64,000 nt of DNA, taken from positions 156,798,001 through 156,862,000 of the forward strand of contig OZ024741.1 in NCBI GenBank assembly GCA_964016885.1. The letters run 5' to 3'. Source of the DNA: Eledone cirrhosa. Taxonomy: Eukaryota. The position numbers and the translations under genes are program-made. Positions within the stretch are counted from its first letter, which is position 1; each line of letters starts with the position of its first letter. Below are positions 1-14,100 of the stretch, piece after piece. The notes below the pieces were generated by a model. That model did no database searches. It saw nothing but the letters and a program-made list of their open reading frames with translations, and was not told the origin of the DNA.

Positions 1-605
1 AGCAACACGTGAGACAACTCACACAATTCAGTGTCAGAATTATTTCTTTGTCCGAAGAATGAAGAATGAAATTAAAGTTGCAATTCTACTATTGTATATT
101 AATAATTTATATCGCGGTTCTTTGCTCGTTAGCCAAGAACACACTTTGAAATCTCTCTCTCTCTATATATATATATGTATGTATGTGTGTATGTATGTGT
201 GTTGTGTATGTATGTGTGTGAGTGTGTGTGTGTATCTATATGCATGTGTGTATGTGTACGTGTGTGAGTGGGTATGTGTAAATGAGTGAGTATGTGTACG
301 TATGTGTGTGTGTGTGTGTTTTCCTATTCCGTATCAGTATGTATATTTTTTGTTTTGTTTCCCTCTCCAAAATGTCGAGATTACTCGATTTGTATCGTTG
401 TTGTCTTGTTCAGTATGCATTGTGTCTTTCGCAAATAGCTCTCTTCTCTCTAAAGATTATTGAGGGCCTAAGAAGAGTAGCACAATCTTTTAAAGCATCC
501 CAAACAACAAAGACAATCAATAGACAGCTTACGGGTGGTAATTGTCTACGTGTTCGTCATTTCCAAGTTTACTGCGTCCCTCAATTCACTCATGTGTTAA
601 TTATT

Positions 606-816
606 TACTGATGAAAAGCTCCTGGCTTTGAGTAAAAGAAAATACAGGAGGATCAGTTAATTTGATTTTATTCAACAAATTCCCCTCTAAAATTCACACA
701 CTTATTGCAGCGGTCCTTCAATTTTTTTAAGCCATGTAAAAAGAACTTGGATGGTTGGGCCTCCAAGTTTCCTCTGTAAACTCTTAAAGCCAAGAACTTT
801 TAAGCGCCCCTCTTGT
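606..816. mobile_element. Tc1/mariner-type MITE remnant
   Basis: Imperfect terminal inverted repeats aaaagctcctggcttt (~615) / aaagccaagaactttt...cccctcttgta (~787-816), ending at TA; no ORF. Confidence 0.5.
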
Positions 817-834
817 ATATACATATATATATAT

Positions 835-948
<114 letters not shown>

Positions 949-954
949 AGGTCT

Positions 955-1088
955 TCACTTTGAAACTACGTGATTTCAAGTCCAGGTCTACTGCCTGGCA
1001 CTTTGAGCAAGAGTCTTCTACTATAGATTCGCGATGACCAATATTGTGTGAGTAAAATTTGGGAGACGGAAACTGTGGAAGGCTGTAG
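955..1088 (+). mobile_element. Degenerate SINE (octopus-type)
   Basis: ttgagcaagagtcttctactatag...tgtgagt...gacggaaactg...gtatata resembles a common cephalopod SINE body and tail (recalled, not searched). Confidence 0.5.
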
Positions 1089-1444
1089 TATATATATATA
1101 TATTTCCGGATTTTTTTTCCGTTTGAGTTTGTTTTTGTCTCATAACATAGTTGTTTGACAAAAAGAGTTCAATAAAATAAGAACTAAGCATGACAAATTT
1201 TTTTCTGTTGTGATTGACTAAACGCCTTCAAAGCGGTGCCCTAGCTTTGGCACACTATAATGACCGAAACCAGTAAAAGAATGATAGAAACAATATAGGA
1301 ATGAATACACGCATGTGTATGTATGGATGGATGGATGGCCTCTCAATATTTGAGCGTGTATTTTTAAATATGGATGTGCAGATTAAACGGGATAGGAATT
1401 TTACCAACTAATTGAACTCTATTTTGTATCTCCATCCATTTTTC

Positions 1445-1500
<56 letters not shown>

Positions 1501-1625
1501 CTTTCCAGCTCATATAAACTTAACACACTTTCAGATACTTATCCTCCATAAGCTCTTATTCTTCACTCAAATTATTCTCTTTAAGACTACCTTTTCTGAT
1601 TTACTTTCATTTTTAACGTTATTAA

Positions 1626-1876
1626 TTTTATTTTTATTTTTATTTTTGTTTTTGTTTTTGTTTTTATTTTTATTTTTATTTTTATTTTTATTTTTATTTT
1701 TATTTTTATTTTTATTTTTATTTTTATTTTTATTTTTATTTTTATTTTTATTTTTATTTTTATTTTTATTTTTATTTTTATTTTTATTTTTATTTTTATT
1801 TTTATTTTTATTTTTATTTTTATTTTTATTTTTATTTTTATTTTTATTTTTATTTTTATTTTTATTTTTATTTTTA
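1626..1876. repeat. (TTTTTA)n hexamer microsatellite
   Basis: About 40 near-perfect units. Confidence 0.98.
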
Positions 1877-3079
1877 CTTCACATCCACCACTAACCCCCC
1901 CCCCCCACACACACACACTTTACTCTCCGATTCACTACCTAATATCTTCACTTTCCACCTTTTACTTCCCTTTTTTCTTCACTACCTGATTACACATGTC
2001 ATTTGCGTTTTCCACTCCAGATATTTTCTGTTATTTAGCAGCCAGTTTTATATTTTTATATTTGCACTCACTCATTCACAAGGCTGTTTTTACACCCTGT
2101 ATATATGTGTCTGAGCGTCTTTACGTGTGTATACTTTCTGTATATGTACACGAACGCCTCCGTATGTACGCGCGCGTGCGTGTATATATATATATGTGTG
2201 TTTGTATGTGTGTTTTTATATCTGTGTCTTTACATCTATGTTTTTGTACATTCTTATTTTTATGTGCGTGCATGTTAGTGGGTCAACGTGCGTGAGTGTA
2301 TATATGTGTGTGTGTGTGAGTGTGTGCGTACTGCATATATGGATGTGTATGTGTGCGTATGTATATATATATATATGTATATATGTATTTATGTGTGTGT
2401 ATGTGTTGTGTGTGTATACAGTCGCGTACGTATGCGTATTAGATATACACGGGGTGATGTATATGTATATATATATATGTGTGCATCCTATGTGTGTATG
2501 TACGTTTGCGTACGCTTCAGTCTGCACCTTTTGCGTGTGTATATATATATATTTTTTATAGATATATGTTTCTTTTAGATATATGTATGTATGTACGCGT
2601 GTACCTTGTTTGTTTTCTTTTCTTTACTTTGCAAATTTATTGTTCCATTTTTATAATTATATTGAGATTGATACTTTCTTTTTACTATTACATTCCCCTA
2701 CCTCTTTTTCTTCCGCATATAAGTGTACGCGCGTGCGTGTGTGTTTATACGCGTGCCTTCATATTCTTATAATGTTTCTAACACCCTGTTTTCTCTGTAT
2801 ACCTGTCAAACAGACACTCATATCATGTGTATGTCTATCGTTACATATATACATATATTTACGCACACATTTTCACTATACACACGCATTTGTACATATA
2901 TAGATATGTATATCTGTGAGTGTATATACATACATATACACACACCTAAATATATTTCTTAAAATATTTTTTTATATATTTTATATTTTATATGTCTATT
3001 GTATTACCTTCATCTATATATATATAATTTTTCTTGCATTTCTTGAGGAGACTTTCAAAATATTTATCTATGTTTTATA

Positions 3080-3155
3080 TTGCCTCGTCCGACGAACGAA
3101 TGAAGACGTCTGTTTCGTATTCGTCTTATTCGGGAAACCTCTGGTAATGAGGTAA
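3080..3155 (+). ncRNA. Type I hammerhead ribozyme, U4C core variant
   Basis: Stem I ttgcctcgt/atgaggtaa; core CCGACGA; stem II cgaatgaagacg/cgtcttattcg; GAAA; stem III cc-tct-gg; GUA cleavage triplet. Confidence 0.75.
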
Positions 3156-3259
3156 TTGTTTTGTATTGATTTTTATACATTAAATTTTGCTCTGGTACTT
3201 ACATAGAGCACTCTTCACTCCTATGATTTTTTTCTATTTTCAACGGAAACTTCAATACT

Positions 3260-4089
<830 letters not shown>

Positions 4090-4093
<4 letters not shown>

Positions 4094-4331
4094 ATACTTT
4101 GGGAGGGTCATGTTGCCAATAAGAAACACACGCACCAGTAGCTTTCACTTCAATTTATTATAAATTAAATTTATAAATTCCTAAATATATAAATTTAATT
4201 TATAATAAATTGAAGTGAAAGCAACTGGTGCGTGTGTTTCTTATTGGCAACATGACCCTCCCAAAATATAACAATATCGGTTTCAACACAAGTTTTCAGA
4301 TAAAGAATCTTGCTAAACAAATTCAGAAACG

Positions 4332-4333
<2 letters not shown>
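4090..4333. mobile_element. Twin-arm (fold-back) mini insertion between (TA)n tracts
   Basis: 4090-4175 is the reverse complement of ~4188-4275; the right arm runs ~58 nt further. A shorter copy with the same two ends lies at 25623-25687. Confidence 0.85.
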
Positions 4334-4390
<57 letters not shown>

Positions 4391-4395
<5 letters not shown>

Positions 4396-6586
4396 TAAAA
4401 TAACAGATTAAATTTTAAGCAAAGAATCGCTGCTTTCACCCTTAACGGGATCTTCTGAAACTAACAAAGTCAATCTGTAAACGCAGAAGTGGATATTTCA
4501 AAAAACGTGGCAACCGGGGGAAGACAGGAAGACGATACTTTGGTTCGTGGAAACGTTCGCTATGCAAATAAGTAATGGTATAAACAAAACATATACTTAG
4601 CTCCCACATCAAGACGTAAAATATCCACGTATAGATCGTACTATCCGTTAGGGTATAACGTGGGGCTGTAATACAGGAAAGTTTTGTGCAATTTATGTTT
4701 ACAAGCCGAAATTGGCTCCGATTTTTTGTTTAAGATGTGGTCTGTGGCGTAGAGTATTTCCAGGGCTTCAGCGGCGCAGAAGTCACATGTCTTTTATTTC
4801 CGTTATACGATCTAGCCCTAGCTAGGATATCCCAGTGTAACTTATATTGGGTGTGGTTGTCTTTTAGACTCCAGATATAAGCTGAAAGTGACGTCATATT
4901 CCTTCTTAGAGGGTAACGAAAAGAATGGGTATGCATGTAAAGACGCTGCTTGAATCTATTGGCGGTTAACCCTATGTAGGCTCTACGGGGCGTGGGTGTT
5001 ACAACCTTACATTTGTAGACAATGTTACTAGAGAGGCATTTCCCGGATAGGGGGCAATCAACCCGATTCCTACAATTACAGTTAGTACTAACTACAGGGT
5101 TGCACGTGTTCCTACGGCTAGGTAGTTTAGCTAAATTTGAAGCTGTGATGTTATGTGCAAGGTTAGGAGTCGTAGAGTAAGAAATTTTAATAGTATTTCT
5201 ATTACAAATTTTACTATATTTATGTGTAGGGAGAAAATGCTTCGTAATAAGGGAAAGAAAGAACTTCGCTAATGGTGTGGCCACCTCCATATTATATGGT
5301 GGGTTATACCAACAAATGCGACGGGATCTATTTATTCTAGGTCTATTTTCGTACTCTGTATATGCTACCTTATCGACAAATCCACTTCGAGCAAGAGCTT
5401 CATTGTAATAAGTGGAATGGTCGTTGAAAATACGCTCGTTAATGGAAATACGGGAAAGCCTCAACGAAACGTTTCTTACCAGGTTCTTGGTTATGCTGGC
5501 AGGATGGTTGGAATGCTTACTTATGTAATTAAGCGTATCATTCGGCTTTCTATACGGGCAATACAACCCATTCAATAAATTGAGGGTAACGTCGAGGTAA
5601 TTAACGACCGAGAGATTGGCCTCAACCTGTATAGAGAGGTTGAAGCCTTTAAAGAAGGCTGTGAGTTCTTTTCTGAACCTGTCGCAAGCACGAGGTCCGC
5701 ACTTAGTCATGGTCAAAAGACCATCGTCACGGTACAAACCACCGCCCGCGTTGGGGAATTCGTCCTTGATAGAGAAAAGAAGGAAAAGGCCGATAAGATC
5801 AGTAACCTCCGCAGAATCGCTGGCGCCCATACTCACGTCGAATGGGGTACTATTGGATTTTTTAATCCAACTAGAGTCGTCGAAATGAATCACCGACTTT
5901 CGGGCATTGAGGATGACATCAACTTCGAAATCCTTAACCACTGTGAGTGTTTTAGCGAAATTGATAGCTCTAAAGAGAAGTGGTAAAGTGATGGAGGAGT
6001 AGTAATTGTTGATGTCGAATTGGATAAAACGGCAATGTTCCTTGTTACATATGCCGTTGAACCAATCAATCACCGCGAAAGAATTGTTCCACAGTGCAAG
6101 AGGGGCCAAACTTCTAATTTCAGGTATAATTCTATCAAGAATCGTTTTACTAAGTCTACCTAAATCGGACTTCGTAGGGTTAATAAGCCGAATAGAGGGG
6201 TTGTTCGGAAAATTAGATTTGTGATCCTTCAGGGTAAAGTGGGGAGAAATAGGGTCCAGAGGTTCGGTCCAGTCCAGGATGTTGAGATCAGATGTGATTT
6301 AAGTATATGTTTTGTTTATACCATTACTTATTTGCATAGCGAACGTTTCCACGAACCAAAGTATTGTCTTCCTGTCTTCCTCCGGTTGCCACGTTTTTTG
6401 AAATATCCACTTCTGCGTTTACAGATTGACTTTGTTAGTTTCAGAAGATCCCGTTAAGCAGCGATTCTTTGCTTAAACTTTAATCTGTTATTTTAATAAA
6501 TATTTGCTCTACGGTTCTTATATATTTGATATATATTTATCTTTATCGAGCCCTCTTTGAATTTTAGTCTTCAAATTTATTATTAT

Positions 6587-6590
<4 letters not shown>
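4391..6590 (-). mobile_element. Penelope-like retroelement (Naiad-like), 5'-truncated, with inverted 3' arm
   Basis: Minus arm 4391-6299 holds RT, EN and 3' UTR. Plus arm 6300-6590 is an inverted copy of 4391-4599 plus a ~90 nt extension. (TA)n flanks both ends. Confidence 0.92.
4641..6295 (-). pseudogene. PLE reverse transcriptase + GIY-YIG endonuclease ORF (one frameshift near 4792)
   Basis: FIQFDINNYYSSI, FDVSMGASDSAEVTDLIG, GLYRDDGL, WYNPPY, CNC..CPLSGKC, IVYKC..YIGLT. After the frameshift it continues TCDFC..LNKKSE..CKH to a stop at 4641. Confidence 0.92.
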
Positions 6591-6623
<33 letters not shown>

Positions 6624-6628
<5 letters not shown>

Positions 6629-9085
6629 AGCGCTCCACTCTTAGCAACCTACGCCGTCGCGATGACAGTAATCAATCACGCCATTTATCCTTCGACCCTA
6701 CTTCTGGCTACCAACATCTCGTGTCCTTCACTATTCACCAACACATCTCCTTCGCTTTCTTAGCCGCCACAGCCACCAACATGCGAGTACGCACCCCACG
6801 CACACCCACCATCAACTCCCTCCCCAAAATACACAAACCTAATAATCCCGGCCGTCTTATCGTTTCTGCTTGCAACTGTCCCACCGAAATCATCTCAGAA
6901 TACTTGGATGCCCTCCTCGACTCGTTAGTCGTCAATCTCCTCTCCCACATCCATGACACCAATGATGGCCTTAGGCTTTTTAACTCCTTCTCCTTCCCTC
7001 CTGGCCACTTCGCCTTCGCTTTGCCCTGAATATCACCTCTCTCTATACTGTCATCCTTCATGACTACGGTTTCCGCGCTCTCCGACACTTTTTAGAGTTA
7101 CGCTCTATCCCTTACCCCAGCACTACTACTCTTCTCTGTCTGGCTGAGCTTGTTTTGATGACCCTCAATGGGTTTTCCTTTTCCGGTAACTTCTACCAGC
7201 AGGTCTCTGGGGTAGCGATGCGAACCAGAATGGGTTCGAACTCTGCCAACTTGTTTGTGGGCTACGTCGATGCCCAGATCTTCTCCCAGTACGTTGGACC
7301 TACTCCTGAGCTGTACGGTCCTTATATCGACGACTGTATCGGCACCACTTCTCTATCACGAGAACAGCTCGATTGCTTTCTATCTTTCGTTCAATCTTTT
7401 CATCCCTCTCCCACCTTCACCGCCTCCGTCCCCGATTCTTCTGTCCTTTTTTTTAATATCACTCTCTCTCCCTCTCTCTCTCTATCGATCACACTCACTA
7501 CTACCTCTCTACTTCCATCTTCTATAAGCCTACTGATCTCCACTCTTACCTCAACTTCACCTCCTCGCATCTAACCCACACCGACATCTCCATACGCTAC
7601 TCCCAATTCCTCTGTCTTCGTCGGCTCTGTAGCCAGGACCACGATTTGGAAACCCATTCCCTTCACATGGCTTCCCGCTTCATCCAGCGTGGGTATCCCT
7701 CATCCAAGCTGCTTTCACCCGCACCCGTGAAACCGACCGCACCACCAGAGCCCTCTCACCCCACCAGTGTCCTCCCAACACCTTCCTTCCATTCCCTCTC
7801 ACCTACTACCCTATCACTCTACCTCTCCGGCGACATATTCTCCATTCCTTCCGCACCATTTCTTCTGACCCCGCCATTTCTCTCTTTTTTCCTAACCCAC
7901 CTATCACCGCATTTAAGCGCGCCCGTAATCTCTGCGACCTCCTGGTACGTAGTTCCTTCTCGTCCTCTCCTACGACTCCACCCGGCTCTCATCCTTGTTC
8001 TCTTCCCCGCTGTAACACCTGTCCTTTTATTTCCACCCTCACCACTCTCACAGGCACCAACCGTTCATTCCGTATCCGCCACTCTTTCACCTGCACATCC
8101 ACCCATGTTGTCTATGCCCTCGGGTGTTCCCTTTGCGGGTCCTTATACATCGAACAAACGGGACGCCGTTTGGTGGACCGTTTTCCTGAACATTTTAAGG
8201 ACATACGACTCGGTATGGAGACTCCCCTGACCCGTCATTTCCGTTCCCCAAGTCACTCTTCCTTACATGTCTCAGTCCTTGGTGTCCTATCACGTTCCAC
8301 CGGCCTCGCCCACCAGGACTGAACAGAGTCTGATTTTCTGCCTTGGGTCCTGTTTCCCTCATGGACTCAACTCCTCTCTCCAATTTCTTTAATATTTCAT
8401 ATATATGTTCGTGCTTGCTTCTCTACCCTTTTCCTCCGTCATGTTTACCCAGTCAATTATCACACACACATTCACCCCTAGATTCCTATGGCTCTCTTAT
8501 GGTCAGAAACATATACTCCTACAGCTGATACAGACCAACAAAATACGCACATACACTTCTACTTTTCCCTTCACAGCTCTGTATACATACACAGAGACTC
8601 CCTTATATTAACATACTTTTGCTCACAGTTTCTTACTTACAAGCACACGCACACACGCTCTTTTACTTACTTATACACACATCCTCTTAGCTATGTACGG
8701 ACGTATAAGAACAGACACGCGCGTGAGCAAGCGCACAAACATACGTATAGCTCTTTATACAGACGTTTTTTCTCCATTTCAGGTTGATGCGCTCCATTAT
8801 CCACTTTTCTAAAACAAAGTATATCAAACACTAGCATCAAAGGTTTTCCAAGAAATGGCAACATGAATGGACCTGTTATTTTCCCATAAAAACATTTTTT
8901 TCCGATTCCATCCAGCCCGTCCCTTCAATATTTCTAATTTCTCATTCTTTCTTCTGATAAAGACTCGTGTCCAAAACGTTAAGACCCTCTTCCTGCTATT
9001 TCAAGCGTTAAATTAATATATTCCTTCCATATATCGTACCGATTATGTTGTTTTTTCTGTTTACCTTTTACCTACATACATGCAT
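6624..9085 (+). mobile_element. Degenerate Neptune-like PLE (RT, Cys linker, GIY-YIG, 3' UTR)
   Basis: LPKIHKPNNPGRLIVS, YQQVSGVAMRTRMG, YIDDCIG, PRCNTC, FTCTSTHVVYALGC..CGSLYIEQTGR across frameshifts. Decayed HHR ctgataa-agactcgtgtcc-aaaa-cgtta at 8954-8984. Confidence 0.88.
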
Positions 9086-9217
9086 ATATATATATATATA
9101 TGGTAGCTAAGATGCTTCTATAGGCGGTATGCCGGTTGAGCACTCTATGCTCTTACAGAGCAGAGTATGATAGAATAGAAAACGAAAAATCAGTGATGCA
9201 TCTGAACTCAGGTTATT

Positions 9218-9305
9218 GTGTTACAATTGTTTCCCCGGCAGACAGCTCGAGACGCGATCATTGTGTGGATCTGTCTGATTCTGGACCCGCAGGTTCGACG
9301 GACAC
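9218..9305 (-). ncRNA. Hammerhead-like motif, degenerate core
   Basis: Minus strand: gtgt-CCGTCGA-acctg...ccggg-GAAA-CAATTG-TA-acac; palindromic stem III; 4-bp stem I. Confidence 0.45.
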
Positions 9306-9532
9306 GTCTAATGATTTCGGAATGAGAGAATATGCGGAAATACTTAACACATATGTATATATATATATATATTAGATAAATGTATATATTCCTTCTGATA
9401 GTTTGTAAAAATTTTACATAGATCTATATGATATGCATACCAACACTAACATATATATCCTAGAAACGATCGTAAAATGATGAATTTTTTTATATAAGGA
9501 ACTGTTTCTTTGTTTATTCATTATTTTTATTA

Positions 9533-9610
<78 letters not shown>

Positions 9611-9677
9611 GTATCTGTATATATATATATATTTATATATATATACGCATACATGTGTATATATATATATATATAAA

Positions 9678-9753
<76 letters not shown>

Positions 9754-9767
9754 TATATATATGCATG

Positions 9768-9817
<50 letters not shown>

Positions 9818-9976
9818 ACAGAAGAAATGTGGTAAGGAACCAGGTGGACCATAACGCACCAAAGTACTCAATACTTAGGGTAGTAGAGTGGGTAATAGGA
9901 ACGAGTAGGACCCCGACGGCTGAGCTCAAGTCCAGAATTAGCCGGCTTGAGCTCAGCCGTCGGGGTCCTACTCGTT

Positions 9977-9979
<3 letters not shown>
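9818..9979. mobile_element. Twin-arm mini insertion; same family as 51996-52182
   Basis: taggaacgagtaggaccccgacggctgagctcaag and its exact reverse complement; the left arm is ~78 nt longer; (TA)n flanks. Confidence 0.85.
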
Positions 9980-10070
<91 letters not shown>

Positions 10071-10753
10071 ATAGGAAGAGAGAGATGGATGGATAGATAG
10101 ATAGATTATAGGTGGGTATTTAGACATAGATAAAGATACATAAATATGTAATTGGGTATAGATAAAGATATATGAATAGACCAATAGAGACGCATGAGAG
10201 AGGGACAGAGTATGTGTGTTTGTATAGTAACACACTCGTGCGTATACATCCAGAGAGGAAGTACGTGAGAGAGAATTAATATACTCACCAGCGCATTTAT
10301 GCTGTCTATTTTAAAAGATTCTTTTAAGAATTCTGCCAGCAATCGTTACTAACTAATGGTGGTTCTAATTTACATCATTATTCTTGATCAGCTGCAAATA
10401 AAGTTGTTGAATTCAGGTGTCAAGCAGTTCCGTTTCTCGTAGAAAGATCCATACAAATGAGTTCTGGAATTATTCCAGACCAAGTCAAGATTTCAGTTTT
10501 AAGATGGATTTTCTGAATAACGTTTTTGTCACTCTTTGGCAAGTAGGAGCAGCAAAATTATTGGCATGCTTTTCTTTTATACTTTCGACAACGGTCATTC
10601 TGAAGTACCGCCTTCAAGAAATTGTAGTTGATTAAAACGACCAAGTGCCTTATTCAAAGGTATTTATTTTAATGAGAACATTATTTTTGTTTTTTTTTGT
10701 TTTGTGGAACCACTAAATTGCGGAATATAAAGCGAACGGCAATCGCAAAAAGG

Positions 10754-10839
<86 letters not shown>

Positions 10840-10918
10840 TACACGCACACGCACGCACGCACATACATATATACATATATATATATAAATATAAATATAT
10901 ATATATTTTTTTTTTATT

Positions 10919-11145
10919 TATTTATTAAAATAACAGATTAAAGTTTAAGCAAAGAATCGCTGCTTTCACCCTTAACAGGATCTTCTGAGTTTCAGAAGAT
11001 CCCGTAAAGGGTGAAAGCAGCGATTCTTTGCTTAAACTTTAATATGTTATTTTAATAAATATTTGCTCTACGGTTCTTATATATTTGATATATATTTATC
11101 CTTATCGAGCCCTCTTTGGATTTTAGTCTTCAAATTTATTATTAT

Positions 11146-11148
<3 letters not shown>
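10919..11148. mobile_element. Twin-arm mini insertion made only of the termini of the 4391-6590 PLE family
   Basis: Hairpin centred at ~10990; both ends match the two ends of 4391-6590. Confidence 0.88.
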
Positions 11149-11203
<55 letters not shown>

Positions 11204-11206
11204 TGT

Positions 11207-11409
11207 TCTTTATTCTCTCTCGTCCACGTTTTCACAGAACTTATGTTCACCGATTTCAGGGACTTGACTCCTTCTTCCTCCCGTTTGACCTGTGCGAAAT
11301 TCTTTCCTTGCTCACATTTCGACCAGGTTTGATGGTCTTTATTCTCTATCGTCCACGTTTTCACAGAACTTATGTTCATCGATTTCAGGGACTTGACTCC
11401 TTCTTCCTC
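11207..11409. repeat. ~74-bp direct repeat, period 129
   Basis: tctttattctct.tcgtccacgttttcacagaac...ccttcttcctc occurs twice. The module ends in a half HHR (CTGATGAAGGA at 11552) at a TA tract. Confidence 0.85.
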
Positions 11410-11571
11410 ACTTTTACCATCTTTGATTGTTTACAGTCTCGCTCGTTCCCTTTATTTAGGTGTCCCAACGACTTTCTTTAGCCGTTGCTCGCACCAACCG
11501 GAGGTATATGTTCTTTAAAGCGATGAAATACCAATGAAGGCTGGAAGATAACTGATGAAGGACTAAATTTA

Positions 11572-11604
<33 letters not shown>

Positions 11605-11605
<1 letters not shown>

Positions 11606-11872
11606 TTAAAGCAAAAAACAAAAACAATAACGAAGGAGTCGTGGAAAGAGATAGAAGGGTAAACAATGCAAAATGTACGATGAGGTAACGAAAAGTAAGT
11701 TACCCGGTAATCTTTGTTTTCTTTTTGGTTTTGGTTTTTTGTAACTGTTCTTTTTTCTGTCCAATATTTCGGGATCTAAAACTCCCTTCTTCAAGATTTA
11801 AGGAACTTTCAGAGGATAATGTTCCAAATTCCTCTCTTGTGATTAAATTTTGATTTAAATTTTTCTAAGTCG
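11605..11872 (-). mobile_element. PLE 3' terminal fragment, same family as 55815-56045, with decayed HHR (11761-11797)
   Basis: Shared aaacaatgcaaaat..gatgaggtaacgaa.agtaagttacc.ggtaatctttgt; minus-strand TTGAAGA-agggag..tccc-GAAA-tatt. Confidence 0.65.
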
Positions 11873-12017
11873 ATCGACTTTTGTCAACTCGGACCGAGGA
11901 AACAATGTTTCCATTGGTCTTCTCAATTGCAAATCCAGGTAGAAGGAGCAACGTGAAATAAAGTGTCTTGCTCAAGCACATAATGCATTACCACCGGGAA
12001 TCGAACTCAAAACCTCA
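11872..12017 (-). mobile_element. tRNA-derived SINE (second family)
   Basis: B-box gagttcgattcc and ttgagcaagacactttatttcacgttgct on the minus strand; related copy at 13332-13545. Confidence 0.7.
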
Positions 12018-12327
12018 CTATATATATATATATATATATATACAAAATTAAAATGCAACACGTGGTTCGAATCATTCGTAGATTTGCATTTGCTTTGTAA
12101 ACACAGATGGTTATTTTTCTCCTCCTTTGGTGAACATCCAAGAATTTAACTGCTGTGATTTACGGATTAATAGGTGAAATATATTTCTTACTTAAAGAAA
12201 TATATACAAAGGAGATTAATAATTTTAAAAGGTATTTGAAGTTCTAGTCAAACTTTAATTAGTTACCTACCTAGCTATGTGTGCCTACATTGTTTACAAA
12301 TTATTCTCTGTGATTGTTTCATGTATT

Positions 12328-12370
<43 letters not shown>

Positions 12371-12427
12371 AATCTATTTCTAGTTGATATATATATATAT
12401 ATATATATATGTCAATCTATTTCTAGT

Positions 12428-12489
<62 letters not shown>

Positions 12490-12689
12490 ATATGTATATA
12501 TATGGTATATATAGCATCTGAACCACAACATAAAATAATTAATCGAAGAGTTTATGTATCCTTTAACTTTCAGTAACATTCTGGAATGGACTTACTGATA
12601 TATATGTTATTAGACCTCTTGGTGGCAGTTAATTAAGATATGACTGAAGTTGTGCATCTGAAGTATATGATAAAGTATGCTTGGTCCTG

Positions 12690-13010
12690 TGACTCCTAAA
12701 GGAGTCGTAGGTGCGCCATATTGACATAGGGCGTTTCTAGAGCATTTTAAAACCTGACGGAGCCCATCCTTCTTCAGGTCTGCATACATCAGATTTCTTC
12801 CAGAGAAAGATAGATAGTGAAAGAGAGGAATAGAGACAGAGATATAGAGAAAGAATCGACCCCAGTACTAGACTGGTACTTTTTTATCGACCTCGAAAGG
12901 ATGAAAGGCAAAGTTGACCTCGGTGGGATTTGAACTCAGAGAACAAATAGTCGAAACGGTTACCGCAAAGCATTCTATCCAACGTTCTAACGACTCTGTC
13001 AATGCCGCCT
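12690..13010 (-). mobile_element. tRNA-derived SINE with long tail
   Basis: gagttcaaatcccaccgaggtcaactttgcctttcatcctttcgaggtcgataaa core; tail shared with 18860-19095, 19150-19460 and 63800-64000. Confidence 0.8.
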
Positions 13011-13331
13011 ATGATAAGGCATACGATATGGCATATTTACATCTCTATATAGTAAATGACATGACAAATTTACATGTCGATTTACTAAAATATTTACGCA
13101 ATCTCGGTTACTTCTATTCGGTGCATATGTAGATATAACTTCATCATACACTTCGGTTATTTAGTGCAAAACTCATTATGTAACTTTCAACAAGAGCACT
13201 AATAATTGTTTCTACTTTTGGCACATTAATAACAATATGCACATTTCAGGATACTACTATAGGTGATAGAGTATATAGCTCCTCGATTACGTACACGCAG
13301 TCACGCTCACATCTATTCTGTATATAAAGGA

Positions 13332-13545
13332 ACGATAGACTTTCGTCAAATCGGACCGAGGAAACAATGTTTCCGTTGGTCTTTCCAATTGCTAATACTA
13401 TCGATCGGTCGCAACTCCGGGTAGAAAAAGCAACGTGAAATAATGTGTCTTGCTCAAGGCATAACGTATCGTCCTGTCCAGGAATCGCACTCACAACCTC
13501 AAGATTGTGGTCCCAATTCTCTAACTACTCAGCCACAGGCCTTCA
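13332..13545 (-). mobile_element. tRNA-derived SINE (second family)
   Basis: A-box-like tggctgagtagttag, B-box-like gagtgcgattcc; similar to 11872-12017. Confidence 0.7.
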
Positions 13546-14100
13546 CTTATATATTTTGTGTATAGAGACATATAACTTTATCATAAACATATACACATAA
13601 CACTAACACAATACATACGTTGTCGTACTAAAAACTATATAGCACCAGCACAAAGATAATCCTGAAAATGAAACTTTGAAATGCTACCGATAGCGAAACC
13701 TCTCGGTACAAAAACAAAAAAGATAACCATGAATATTTTTGCAACATAAATCTTTTTTATTTAATATATAATCTATTTCGTATGGACTAATTTATTTTCG
13801 TTGTGCACTGTAAATGTGTATCTATATATTAAAAGAAAACATAAGACGTATCTTCAAATCTTTATTATGTTTCTTATATACAAACATATGTGTGTGTATG
13901 TACATATGCGTGTGTATGTACATAAACACAGACACATATGTTTGTATATGAGAAAAATAATAAAGATCTGAAGATGCGTCTAGCTCTCTTGAGATTGTCT
14001 TACCAATATATATATATGTGTGTGTGTGTGTGTATGCGTGTGTGTGTGAATATATACATATTCATACACTTACATACATACATATATATATATATATATT

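Noticed and set aside
4641-5100. Selenocysteine (UGA) recoding reported for some Naiad PLEs
   Set aside because: Endonuclease-region cysteines here and at 46361-46837 and 54520-54950 read as ordinary Cys; no convincing SECIS seen.
7646-8230. 194-aa Pro/Ser-rich ORF
   Set aside because: Mostly an off-frame reading of the degenerate Neptune-like element.
9136-9375. 79-aa ORF as a host exon
   Set aside because: Lies in a TA-bounded module with an HHR-like motif on the opposite strand; no homology or splice evidence.
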